A stretch of DNA of 59,115 nt, counting the filler, from Platydemus manokwari (lineage: Eukaryota), in the NCBI GenBank assembly GCA_037951405.1. It is 6 parts of 6 records of this genome, joined end to end, with 100 filler letters (N's around TTAATTAATTAA, not from the genome) between each part and the next. Parts side by side here need not be neighbours in the genome. Positions count along the whole stretch, not along the records: positions 1 to 10,897 come from JBBMOY011076631.1; positions 10,998 to 20,025 come from JBBMOY011311872.1; 4 more parts are not named here. One strand, 5' to 3'. This document shows, one piece after another, positions 1 through 12,812 of the stretch. Every line of letters starts with the position of its first letter. Position 1 is the stretch's first letter. The notes under the pieces are model-generated. The model worked only from the letters and a program-made list of their open reading frames with translations, was not told the origin of the DNA and searched no databases. The position numbers and the translations under genes were made by a program.

Positions 1-75
1 AGGCTTGTTCACAACAAATCTTCCCTACCAACATATTTGTATCTTAACGCTCATTTCATACCGGTACACCTGATA
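1..75 (+). mobile_element. End of a mariner element (mauritiana/Mos1-like terminal inverted repeat plus TA)
   Basis: 46-75 reads AACGCTCATTTCATACCGGTACACCTGA-TA. Its reverse complement, TA-TCAGGTGTACCGGTATGAAATGAGCGTT, closely resembles the Mos1 TIR as I recall it (TCAGGTGTACAAGTATGAAATGTCGTT). The element runs off the window start. Confidence 0.7.
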
Positions 76-601
76 TAATGGAATAAATAATAAATTTTTG
101 TGTTGATTTTTAGACTGTATTTGTGATATTGATCAAGAAAAGAAACAAGATATTCGACACAGTTAATTATAATCACAATCTTGTTAAAGGTCTTAAGAAT
201 GGTCTTTTCAAATTTTCAAATAAATTTCAAAGCACTTTGTTAAATGCAAAAGAGTATTCGAGAAAGCAAATATTGTTAATAAAAGTATCTTCATTCGGAT
301 AAATGTTATTTAAAAGTTGCTACTGAAATGGACTTTATGATACGGACTGTTTCTGTGATATTTTTTACCAAAAATATTTGCTACTTCATGATTCAGTTGA
401 CAGCACAGAATTATTTGAGCTTAATGCAAATAATAAGAATATTGATTCTCACTCTTAGATCCTGTCAGTTGAAATCACGAAATCAACTATATTGTGTTTG
501 AAATTTAATTGAAGTAACTTGAAAAGGTTACTTGTAAAGAAGAGCTGTTGGTTTTGATTTCAATCTCAATTCGGCTGAAGCAAAATATTTACTTGGAGCA
601 G

Positions 602-3600
602 TCACAAAACTTTATGGAAAATTCTTAATAATGTTTCTGGTATTGTGAAGAAAAACATACCTGTAAAATAAAGATAAAAGAAATCAATCATCAGGTTTTC
701 TGAGCATTTCTTAAGTGGTGTCTGAACAAGCGATAATTCCAAGGATTAGCGTGATTTGTATAGTTAATTACGATAAAAAACGAGAATCTAAATCAGTAGT
801 TTTCAACCTTTTTACTGGATAGAAACTGAACGGAAGCATTTCTCTGGAACAAGGAACCCCTATACAATAACTATACAATAACCCCTATACAATGGCCTAT
901 CTGTATGAAATTAACCGTGGACATGTTTGTGATGCATTTCGATGGCCAGCTTTTTCTGGATAAAAATGTTTCTACTGAAGCACTATCATATCCAGAATAT
1001 CAAGTCCGGTTCCTGACCTTTTAGTGTCCCTATTATTTTTTGGATATTTTTTGGTATTTTAAATTTAAATTTATATTTTTCCAAGACTCTAAATGATTTT
1101 TAATGGAAATATAAAGAAATTCACATTTTGTTCAAATCATCCTCCATAATATACTTTAATATCACAACAGCAACGGTTGCTAGAGGTAGCTACCTTGTTT
1201 ATAGTTAGAAATTCGTTAAAAGTGGTCATTTAGACGATTTTCTTAATTTTTATTATTGCGAACAAATTAACCATTATTTAAATAAAGTAAAATTTTTTCA
1301 AGACATCTACTTTAACTGAGCATCTTAATCAGACGATTCATAAGCATCCATCTCTAAAACTAAAATACAAAAAGAATATTTAACAGATTTTATTTTTACT
1401 TCTTTGCGATATCTCTGTGAACAGAAGTTTGTGAAGTCATGTTTCTCGTTGATTTGGGCCATTATTCTCTTTTACAAAATTTACCATCTTTTCCTTCATG
1501 ATGACTTCATCAGACAGTCTTCCTAATCGCAACCTGGTGAATAAGTTTCCAGTTTCTTCAAACTCCTGCTTCCAGTATTGCACTGTTGTCCTATCTGGTG
1601 GTGCACGATTGAAACGTCGTTGAAATTCTTGGCAAGCTTTGGCACTACTCTGGTACATTATTTTATGGTTAACTTTAAGAACTCTATCCGCAAGCGAAAA
1701 TTTAACATCATCAGCTGCTTCTGCCATATTGCTATAATGTAACTGACTGATAAGAAATAAGAAATAAAGTACATTAATCAGTGAATAATAATTAATATCA
1801 ATGAATATAAATATGTGAGTATAAATTATATTGTGTTTTGTTGTTTTATTTTAGTTTTAGAGACGGAGACTTATGAATCGACGGTTTATTAAAAACAATG
1901 TCTACAAAAAACAAATTATATGCATTAGAATATTTAGATAGCAGTGATCAGTTCATAATTCGGTGAATCTCTAATAATTGATAATAAAAACAATAAAGAG
2001 TTTTGTTTATCAGATGACTTATGCGATAATAATATGAAAATTATTTTTAATAATTGATATACCTAAACACTGCAAAATAATAATAATTTAAAAAAAAGTG
2101 AAAAATAAAAATTAATTAATAAATTACCTATTGTCAAAATATAGCGATCTGTTACAAAATTATCGTAAAGATTTGACTGTTCCGTTATATTAGATTGAAT
2201 TATATCAATAATGGTATTGATTTTCATAGATTTACTACATTTATTGACAGATAGTGATTGTTGAGAGATTGATTTGTTTTCAGTAGATTGATTTAAAGAA
2301 AAATGATGTTTCAAAGCTATTCGATTTATAGATATATTTGTTTCTTCCGTTGGTAAATGGTTTACTGATTGCCAGGGTTTTTGTGAGCCAGTTTGTAATT
2401 GATATTTATTGAATGGACAACATTGTGAACGCTTGAAATAATAATTTTTGTATAAATTGTATTCAATAGCTTACATTTTCCATATATAAAACAAACAAGA
2501 TAAATAAAATCTTAATAATAATTTCATAACATTCATCATATTTTAATAATTCAATCTTTTAATTCAAAGATGATATCTTCTGAAATTGAAACCAAAGAAC
2601 ATGAAATAGAAGAGAGAAGTAAAGCCAATTATTTTCAATTAAAATATAAACAATCTATTGTGATGTTTATTTTAATAATTGGGATATCAAATGAAAGAAG
2701 TATGAAATAACAAATCAAATAACCAAATAAAAAGAATTATTTCACTGTAATTTAAGTTTGAATGTAGTAAGACCAAAGGCATTTTTATAAATTTAAATTA
2801 TAAAATTTATCAATCAAAAACTAAATCTAAGAACTAGTTTTTTTTAATAAAATAGACAACCATTTATAACAAGTCTATCAAGTACGTGGTAATGTTTATA
2901 TTAATATTCCATTAATAAAAAGAGAATGGTAAAATAATTCACGAAACCTTTATTTCCATTGAAAAGCATATATTGACAAATTCGAAAAAAATTATTCTCA
3001 TGCTCATCATTTGGTTTAATTAAGGATTTATCGTACATTTATTTCTAAAAACTGATACTTCTCACTATCAATTTATTTCAATTATATCATGAGACTCTAA
3101 CTGATCTTAAAGAGGAAATAAAGAAAAATTGATTTTGACTTTTCATACAGAAATAATTGTTATCAATTTACATGACATGTATAAATAAAAATATCAAAAC
3201 ATATTGAAAAAAATAAATTTACTTGTGGTAATACATCGATCGGTGATAAAAGATTATCTTGACTTTGATAAATGGAGTTGCATTCTGATGATAAAACTAA
3301 AGGTCGAAAATGTGTATTGTATTTAATTCTAGATGGTTTATCAGGTAACAGTGTTGCATTGTGAAAATTTATTTGAGGTTGATATGGTTGAAAAGCACTT
3401 GTACCTTCTTGGAGCTTTACAAGGAATAAAATTAATTTAAAAATAATCATTCAAGTATTACATGATATGTAGATCTTTTGTTATAATGAGATATGTATTT
3501 GGAAAGTTTGGTTACATACTTCAATCCATTTAACCAGGAAATATTTTGTTGAAAAATTTCATGGATTGGAGTAGGTGATTTAGTAGATACTTTTCTAAGA

Positions 3601-5264
3601 CATTTCCGGAAATCTATTGTCGATATATCATAGAGGTATTTGTATTTAAGACTAGCTAAATGGGTTAGGTAAATAGAGTACCAATGTTTCCATCGAATAA
3701 ATAGTCTGAAAAGTCACAAATGACCATATTATGAATTGAATAACTTGTGAATTATTATTCTATAATTAATAGTAAATATCTATATACATAATATTTCTGT
3801 TGTTTCTATCGACTGATTTTTCAATTATATAAAAGTGAAAATGTAAGTTATGATTGTTAATTGGAATATTCTAGTAAATGCCTTCCAAAAGCTTTACTCG
3901 AATTATATTGATAACCAACTTTTAATCTTATTCTCATTTCTTCTAAAGCATAATCAAGATTGAATGATATCTATTTAGAATGCACGAATAACCTTTTTTC
4001 ATATATATAAATTTTTAAGTGAATCGTTGAAAATACACGATTTTCTTATTGTATCTGTATAGAGCATTACACATAAATCGGTTCAAGATTTATATAAATA
4101 ATATTGTGAAAGTATTATAAAGTATTCAAAGATCATTTTAACCAAAATCTTATTAAAACTGAAATAAAAACACTAAATGAATCAATGGTTTATATGAATG
4201 AAGTCATTTTAAAACTCAAAATATCACTGCTATTCATTGAATAATAAAGATTACCACATAATTATTTGTCATTACCGATGCCCAATATCATTATCGCTAT
4301 TGTTGTATTGTTTTTATAAACAATGTAATCGCAATCAAAGATATGTTATTAGAAATCTATTATTTAGTATATATCTTTGAAATGTTTTTTGATAAATTAT
4401 GACAATTTATTATTGAACTTAATTGTAATATTATGAAATAATATAATTATATAATTGAAACCAATTATATTATAATGTCCCATAAACATGTTACAATACA
4501 CATTGAAATCCATTCATTAAAATAATTAATGTCAAGATAAAATAAAATCATCATATAAAAGATTGATAACAATAAAAACTGAAACCATATAAATACAGCA
4601 TTAAGATAATGCTTGTAACTAGAGCACTTCATTAATAATAAAACGACATTAAAACAAAGTATCAATTTAATAATAAGCAAATGAGAAACATTACTTTTCA
4701 AGTATTGGGCGGGTTTTGATATTTTGGAGACCAATATTGGATTTGCAAAAGTACATAATATCATTAATAATTAAATCCTTACAATCGATCATGCGTTGCA
4801 ACATCAATATGATAGAGTTCGATATGGAAATCCGATGATCCGATTTAACTTCTTCATATAAAATGTGACCGATTTTATTAATATATTTCTACATTATAAC
4901 TTATAATTATTATTCATTATGTAATTATAAATGAAAAATACAATGTCGTATAAATTCAATAATGGCTTTTCTGTGAAACACTGACTACAAAAATCCAAGG
5001 AAAAATTTAAAAATATTTTCCCTTTTTCATCCAATAAAATATTTTCAGTCGATATACATAAACATAGTTCTGAAACAAGATAATTTTACATTTACAATGG
5101 AATTATATAAATATATCAAAATTATATTTTTATGATCATTTACACTCAGTTATTCAATTTTTATTAACATAAATATAGAAACAAATAATATTATCTTATT
5201 ATTATTATTATTTCATTATTATAATTATTATAACAGTTTTCATTGTTATTATTAATCATTGAAA

Positions 5265-5297
<33 letters not shown>

Positions 5298-8200
5298 GTT
5301 GTTGTTGTTGTTGTTAATACTTTTGCTATTAAAACGACATTTCCATTAAAGCAAAACGATCTGTAATAATATTAAAATCGATACTTGATTATAGAACATC
5401 AACTAAAATATGTAATGTCAAGGTAAGACATAAAAAACTGATTGGCAAATATACATATAGTTATATAAACTGTCAAACAAGAAATGTTGATTGTTATATG
5501 GTTAGTAATTTGTGAAAATATCAATCAATATGTATAACTATTAATTAATGCTTTATAAATTTATTCAAAATTATAATAATGAAACTAACATATATGTATT
5601 AAACATACTTGAATTGCTCTCGTTTAATAAATCATTGGATACTTTTTTAAAGATAGCATACATAAGTACCAAGCATTCTTGATCTGTTAATATAATTGGA
5701 TCCAGACAATGATTCCACAGTTGATGCAAACTTAGTAAACAAGACTAATAGAAGATAAAAGACAATTGTAAAGATGATTAAAAATTAATGAATAATTTGT
5801 CTTTACTTCTGAATCAGATCTCAATGAAATGGTCTCCGATTTAAAACTTAAAGTGCTTTCTTCCTTGGTCATACAAATGCTTTGATCACTATCTGAATTT
5901 GGATCAGTATTTAAACTGTATTCGGAAGATAGAAATGAATCCTGGAATTCTATTAAAAATACCGCCCAAAGTAATTCAATTTAAATTGAAAAATGACATG
6001 ATCAATTTTAAAAAGAAATTTAAAAATTATAACATAACATATCCCGTATTGTCGGCAGAAAAAACATTAAAATTTATTTATCAGTAAAAAATGAGCTACA
6101 TTTAAAAAATTTTTAAAAATTAATCAGCATTTAGATCAAATGATTCATTTAGTAAAAAGAGCAATTCCTCTTTTTGACTCACTACTTTCTGGATATCAAT
6201 AGAAATTAACGAAATATCATTTTGTGTTGGTCATTAACAATTAAGTATTTCAACAATCTCTTATTTGCTTGAATTTAGAAACTACTTTATCTGTTTAGCC
6301 ATTTCTGAAGTCAATCGTCAAATACATAGCTCCAAAATAAGATAGTATTAACTTTTTAGAATATTTATAAAATCGAAAGTGGGTCTTTAATAATTAAATT
6401 TACAAGCAAATTTATAGTATTTTAACAAATTCCTTCCGTCTAAATAATTCTGGGATATGATGTTGATCTATCCTCGAACTCAAAGCACTTATTAAATATT
6501 TTCCCGTTGAGGTCTTATTACTGTGATAGTATAATGAAGCAAAATAAGCCACATTTCAATGATAATAATAAATATATTTGAAAAATAGCTGTGTGTTAAA
6601 TCATTATTAAAAAAAATCACATATGAATAAAAAAATCTTTAAAATATTGTAAATTAAAGAGCAATCCATTGTACAAATAAATATTAATCAAACAATGATT
6701 CTCTTACGAATATAACATCGAGATTAATTATTTCCTATTACAGAAAGATATTGAAACTTTTTTTTCTGGCACATTTTGAAAATAATAAAAAAGAACTCAA
6801 TTTACACGTTTAGTAATAAATAATATCTTTATCAAATGGAATTTTCTGAAAATATTTCAATAATATATAATGTAAGCAAAATTGAAATAAATAAATATTC
6901 ACCAAGCCACATACAAAATACTATCTGATACTGTAAACCAAGGATCTTCAAACTACTATCTGACAACTCACTAATGGAAAGACATTCAGATAAAAGTATA
7001 AAAAACTACTTAAAATAAAATGTATAAAAATTATTCCAAGGATAATTAATCAAAAATTATGCTATTATAATGCAAATCTTTAAAATAATATTCTCACTAA
7101 ATCAAATTGATTCCTAGATAAAATGACCAACATAATGATTATAAAAATATCAAATTGAATATCTAGTTAAATAAAAATAAAACTTTTAATAAAATATTAC
7201 ACTTTGCTATTAATAATTTTATGATTATATTAAATTTTATTAAGCATATTTTTTTCAATCTGAACTTTGATTTTATTTGTATTCCAAATCGTTTCCGTTT
7301 CGAAAACTTTTCATATTTATTTACGCAAAAATCTCTAATTCTTATATCTTCTTTATATCATGTTTTGTTTCTCCTTCTTTTTCAATCTTTTTCACTTCTT
7401 TATATTCTCAACATGTTCCTCCATATCTTATAATTTTCAGTCATTAATCTTCTCAGAATCCAATCCAGAAGCGTTGTCGCCATCTAAACTGTTACTTTAT
7501 GTAGCACGCATTGAAAACCAACTAATAAGTCACGACATCAAATAATTAAAAATTATTTAATTAAATAATTTAATGATTTAATAATAATTTCAAAAATTTA
7601 TAATAATTAGAGATTTTATTAAACTATTTTTATTAAATTATTAAAAAAATTAACATTAATTAATTTTAAATAATTTGATGCCGTCACTTATCAGTTCGTT
7701 TTCAGTGCGTACTAATAGTAGCTGAGAGGCCCTTTCTAGACTCTAAACTTAGATGAACAATAAAATTGTTTTTATTTATTGATCGTTTATTGATTTCCAA
7801 AGATTCCTGCAAAGATAAACATCAATAATGTCTACCAATTTCATCTGTTAGAATTCAATTATTCAGTTATTTTCAGCTAATTTCCTCAAATCCTCAATAT
7901 AATTCGAGATAGATCATCCTAAACTACCGTTCTAATGATGATCTGTAAATTTTGTTTTTGTCATTTACAAAAAAACGCGATTCACATAAATACAAAACAT
8001 ATTACAAGAAATTATTCCAATCTTTATACTTGCTATAAGTTTCTATAAATCTGTAAATCTCCAAAAATCATTTGAAAAACACATCAATTATTAAATCAGA
8101 ATTTTATTTTTCATCAATAACGTTTTATCAGATTTTTTGAATTCGTCACAATCCATCAAATTATTTAGTATTAGATGCACAGTGAAAAATTCTGCGATAC

Positions 8201-8999
8201 CAATTCATCCCGAGACCAATTGTTATGACTGCTGTAAAAGTCGATCGTTACATGTACACACACGCACAAACACACACACACATACATATACGATCAATAT
8301 TAGCAATTATAATAATTTAATTTTTAATATAAAACAAATTTTCTTTTACAAATCCAAAATTATTGTCGATTTTGATATTAATAAAATATAATTAAAATTA
8401 CCTGAACCCATATCTTCAGATTTTTTTGAATTGACAAACTCATTGCTCAAAATTTCTACAGAACATCCATTCAGTTGACGATCGGCATACATTTCAATAT
8501 TATAAATATCGCAATCATCATTGGGTGTTGTTTTAGACAATTGATCAATGAATTTATAAATGTTTTGAGAACAATCAATATCAGAATAATTCATTATTAT
8601 AAACATCATTGTTGCACCGATAGAATTTATTAATTTCTGATAAATTACATTAAATAATGATAAGATGAATTATTATTATTTGTACCGATGTATTATTTAA
8701 TTTGCTATCGAAATCGCATAAGTTACCTAATAAATGTTAAATAACGCAATTTCAATTTCTATAAGAGTACTTCGATCAATATCAATTTGAATATTTCCCG
8801 ATGTATCGAGGATTAAACAATTAATATTTATTTTCAATTGAGGTATTTCTGCGTTGGTAGTTATGAATCTCAATGCAACACAAGTCTCTTTTAATATTGC
8901 CCATAGTTCTGAAACTGTCACTGCGTCTTCACGACTTTTTAAAATATTGATAAGATACAATTCTGATAATTCATTTTCAAGATCGTCATCAAGAGACAT
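602..8999 (-). CDS. Tandem KIND-domain protein (KNDC1/very-KIND-like), about 588 aa, 11 exons
   Basis: Hand-spliced GT-AG exons with consistent phases: 8999-8771, 8726-8686, 8636-8402, 5949-5807, 5744-5609, 5069-4942, 4888-4783, 3655-3462, 3414-3223, 2431-2128, 660-602 (1767 nt, ends TGA). KIND1: LINILKSREDAVTVSELWAILKET...CLILDTSGNI...INSIGATM. KIND2: LSLHQLW..LTDQECLVLMYAI...LCISTENILLDEKGKI...INKIGHILY...LMLQRM. The C-terminus has a REM-like YILTIGMFFFTIPETLLRIF. The 4783->3655 join and the last exon are the least certain. Confidence 0.75.
794..900 (+). mobile_element. hAT/Charlie-like terminus, degraded
   Basis: Starts CAGTAGTTTTCAACCTTTTT, resembling the CAGTGGTTCTCAACCTT hAT end, followed by GGAACCCC and short CTATACAATAA repeats. 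No partner end found. Confidence 0.4.
1334..1880 (-). mobile_element. Internally deleted Tc1/mariner-superfamily element (DUF4817 HTH type) with ~34-bp TIRs
   Basis: Left arm 1334-1367 CGATTCATAAGCATCCATCTCTAAAACTAAAATA; right arm 1847-1880 reverse-complements to CGATTCATAAGTCTCCGTCTCTAAAACTAAAATA. Encloses ORF 1437-1727. Lies in the last KIND-gene intron. Confidence 0.8.
1437..1727 (-). pseudogene. Transposase N-terminal helix-turn-helix (DUF4817-like), no DDE domain
   Basis: EFQRRFNRAPPDRTTVQYWKQEFEETGNLFTRLRLGRL fits the F..RF...PP.R.TI..W...F.ETG.......GRP pattern. Confidence 0.75.
5268..5315. repeat. (TTA)n/(TTG)n microsatellite in KIND-gene intron
   Basis: Directly visible triplet run. 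Confidence 0.9.
7478..7730. mobile_element. Foldback MITE with ~60-bp imperfect inverted arms
   Basis: 7501-7555 GTAGCACGCATTGAAAACCAACTAATAAGTCACGACATCAAATAATT pairs with the reverse complement of 7661-7715 (GTACGCACTGAAAACGAACTGATAAGTGACGGCATCAAATTATT). The loop is almost pure A/T. A related arm occurs at 57411-57450. Confidence 0.7.
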
Positions 9000-10897
9000 T
9001 ATAAGTTTTAATATTAAACTATCGCTTTAGAAAATTCACCTATTATTAAACTTGTAATAAAGTTATTGAAATTACTCGCAACTAGTTCAAATGTTGATTC
9101 AATAAAACAAAATGGAACTTATAGAAAAATTAAGAATCAGTGATACAAAATAACTTGTATTATTTTTGAAATTATTAAAAGGTAAAATGAATTGAATATT
9201 TTTGCAAAGTTTAATAATTTATCTTTAGTACAAATCTTAAACAATTTAGCAAGTTTATATAAAATTTTTAATTAAAATTATCTTTTTTAAATTTCTGCGA
9301 TTGAAAATTGAAATATAAAGAAAAAGTCAAATTACGTGACACAGTTAAAGTAGTGATAATGAAAAGATTGTCCTCAAATTCTAAAATTTGTTATAATTGT
9401 TGAGGATACTTAATATCTCAACTTTGAACGGGTTTTTGAGACTTAAACGAGTCGATACAAAGTATTTCGATATTTGCACCGCTACAAGTATGCCTACACA
9501 TTCATAGAAGCATATTAATTGATCAATATTTCATTTCGGTAATGGGCATTATTACGTAACAGTTATGAAAAATTAATTAAATGGAAGAAAAAGAACATCA
9601 AATTATAACCATAAGAATAAGTATTGTCATGGATAAAAATTATTAAAAAGATGATAGATTTATTAATCTCAATTTTTTCTATAAAATAATTTACCTTATT
9701 GAGACGATTCAACAAAACATTTACAAAAACAACCTTGGTTCAAATACGCTAATAACTACCAATTATGTGGATAGCCGTTGAATTTCAAAAATAGTACGGA
9801 AGAAACAGGTAGAGAAAGGAGTAACCAATAGTTTAGTTAATTAATTAGAAATTTGGAAAGAATAATAATCCTTAGGTGAAAAAGTAGATTCGGGATATAT
9901 ATTTAGAATAAATGTCTTAAATAACCAGCAAATTTAACTTAAAGAATTAAATTAAAGAATGAACGAATCCTTAGAATTTCGCTTATCTCATATTAAGGTT
10001 AAAACAGTAATGCAAATATAATAATGAAAAGTTGATGAGTAATCGTCAGGTTTTCCACTAAAAAGTCAGATTGATTTGTTTTGCGTTATCTCAAATGTAT
10101 TTGAAAAAACATAGTTGATTTTGATATTTGTTCCAAATAGAGAAAAGTCAACACTTGTCATTATATAAATTGAATTTCATGAATTTTTTCATAAATTACT
10201 CTTAAAAATGGTGATCAATAGTTCATCAGTCAGAAACGAATATTTTATATAATCAAGATTAAGTCGGATCGAAATCTTCACACGAATAATTGACATAAGC
10301 TATATTTTCTTAAAAAGCCAAACATTGTTGAAAACTAATAATATTTTGCAAATTTAATGTTTATTTGACAAAAACCAATAATTAATTAGCCAAAATGATT
10401 GTATTCTTCCGGATTTAGATTTATATTAGATTTATATCTGCCGAATCATTAAAGTGAATAATGTGTTTTGATATTTGATAATTAATTTATTTGTGCTATA
10501 CGAATAGATAAAAAGAGTTGATTCTGTAGATTAAAAAATTGCAAGTTGATTTAACATACGAATTTTCTAAAATTCTTTAATCAAAAAATTAGTAGGATTT
10601 CAAACATTTTTGCTTTCAGTCAGTTTTTATAATTATTTGTAATATGACATCGAACTAATCTTAAGTGATTATAATTTTTCTGAAAGGCGCTTTAATTTTT
10701 GATTTGTCTAACATTTTGTAAATACTTACATAATGCTGGAAAGAATTTTATTTAAAAATTAATATTTTTCAGAAAACTTTAAATCAAAGATCAGTTGAAA
10801 TTTATTTATGAATATTTAGGCATCCATTAGTATCAAATTTTTGCTTAATAAACAATCTAGATTTAATAATTTAATTTTTTGTTAAATTCTCCTTTTT

Positions 10898-10997
10898 NNN
10901 NNNNNNNNNNNNNNNNNNNNNNNNNNNNNNNNNNNNNNNNNTTAATTAATTAANNNNNNNNNNNNNNNNNNNNNNNNNNNNNNNNNNNNNNNNNNNN
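10898..10997. other. Artificial contig spacer N44-TTAATTAATTAA-N44
   Basis: Identical 100-nt structure occurs five times; the 12-mer gives stops in all six frames. Confidence 0.98.
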
Positions 10998-11114
10998 CGA
11001 CTTCTTTTTATGACGCTCGAGCAGCATTTCAGATATGCAAAATCGCCTTTCCACATCTCTCGGTTTCAACTCGTCTGGCACCCAATTTCCGTGCATTTGG
11101 ATGAATCCCAATAT
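10998..11114 (-). mobile_element. Mariner transposase fragment (mauritiana subfamily), cut by the contig end
   Basis: Minus strand translates LGFIQMHGNWVPDELKPRDVERRFCISEMLLERHKKKS, i.e. the WVPHEL linker followed by the segment preceding FLHRIVTGDEKW. Confidence 0.85.
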
Positions 11115-12641
11115 ATCCTTAATACTGTAATTATAAACAATAAATACGACTTGACTTCAATTCGAAGGTGTATTAATGAATCCAAATTTAGTTTTTATCT
11201 AACAGTTGTCCATTTTTACATCGATTTTTATATTCGCAATCTGTGTTTATGTTTTTGTGCCATGTTGCATCGTATTTTGATTTGATATTTGTTTTTCTGT
11301 ATTCTTATTGTCTTTTTAAGTTTTTATATGAGTGTAATTGTTCAATTCTTATGTGCATGTGTGTCGTTTAGATATGCCCCTTTTTCGATTGAAATTCACC
11401 ATCGTTTTTTTAGAGTTTCATCTCACTCAACAATACTGATAGAAACCAACCAAACAAACATGAGATTTAGACGTTCCACTTATATCCAACTCTTAACAGA
11501 TTATTAGGTTATGTGTATATAATAACATTAAACGAAAAACACAATAAGATAAAATAATGTATTCAATATAATTAATAATAAATGTGTTATGCAAGGTCAT
11601 TCAGCCAATAGAAGATGTAATGACATGAACGTATTGAACGTACTACTTTTTTGCGACAAAAAATTAAATCCGCTAATGACACTTAATCCGTATTAACAAA
11701 TCTGTTAAAGATGAACGGTTCATGATATAAACGTGTAATGACAGCTAACGATTACGTGCGAAATCTATGATTTGGAGTATCGTTATATACTATTTTATTT
11801 GTCGCGGATGATTATTTTGTAATTTTTTAATACTTGGTTATGGAGATTTCTAGCATTTCGATGACGAATTAACGTTGCTATGTCTGCATCTACAATTATC
11901 ACGGCACTCTAGTGATTATTACGGCTAAATCTGACTATGGGGGAATTTTTCTAATGCCCACAATATGACCTTAATAACAATAATTATTACAATTATTTCC
12001 CTTTATTTTTTCTAATAATACTGAATTTGAAGTTAGATCAGTTGAGTTAAACTATAGAAAAATCGTTGACTTGTCTTAAATACATAACATCTATTATTTT
12101 CGAAGTATTTGTAAATCAAATTATGCATCCATAGGAACTATATTTTTAGGAATGGATTTTAATTTTAGAAAATAACAAGACCATAATTGAAAATATAATT
12201 TTTATAAAATATTACAAAAATTATTACGCTGACTAATTGGTACCCTCAATAAAAATTTTTACGATACAATCGATTCCAAAAAAGTTGTGTAAATCTTACA
12301 ATTTGTCAGTAGACATTCAAGTCCCTTTAAATGTAAGCAATTAATGCATCGACTTGGAAGACAAACGAGGAAAGCCAAAAGTATTGAATATTCGGCGAAA
12401 ATCTGGCATTTTCACTCTACCGGTGTTTGGATAGATTTTGTCTAACATAAAAAACAAACAATTCCTACCAAATGAAAAACCGAGACGAATGATAGAAAAA
12501 GCAAAATTGAAACAAGCCCTGTCTCTACTGCTCCGAATCAAAGCTGTCAGACCCAAGCAGGTCACAACCAATACAATAAACCAAACAAATTTGTATATAA
12601 ATAAGTCTTGTAACACAGAAAAATCACCCCAAAAATCCCAA

Positions 12642-12730
12642 CCAATAAAAAATGACTAATAAACTAACAGCCAATCAAAACCAAGCGCTGAAAACATATA
12701 AAAGTGACTATAAACCCTATAAGGTTCATT
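12642..12730 (+). promoter_or_regulatory. Putative Pol II promoter (CCAAT, CCAAT, TATA, Inr)
   Basis: CCAAT at 12642 and 12671, TATAAAAG at 12697-12704, TCATT at 12726 (29 nt from the TATA start), first ATG of the decayed ORF at 12813. Confidence 0.4.
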
Positions 12731-12812
12731 ATTTTGTTCAATAATTTCAATCAATAGACAGCCAAGTATTTTATAATTATTTTTTATATTGTTAATCCTA
12801 TATTCTCAAAAG

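Noticed and set aside
6100-7150. Possible L1/Tx1-like RT debris in the KIND intron (similar debris at 9700-10060 and 44600-45760)
   Set aside because: Only vague peptide fragments; no motif solid enough to call.
10942-10953. Recurring TTAATTAATTAA as a biological repeat or CRISPR-like array
   Set aside because: Always embedded in exactly 44+44 Ns; it is a synthetic linker.
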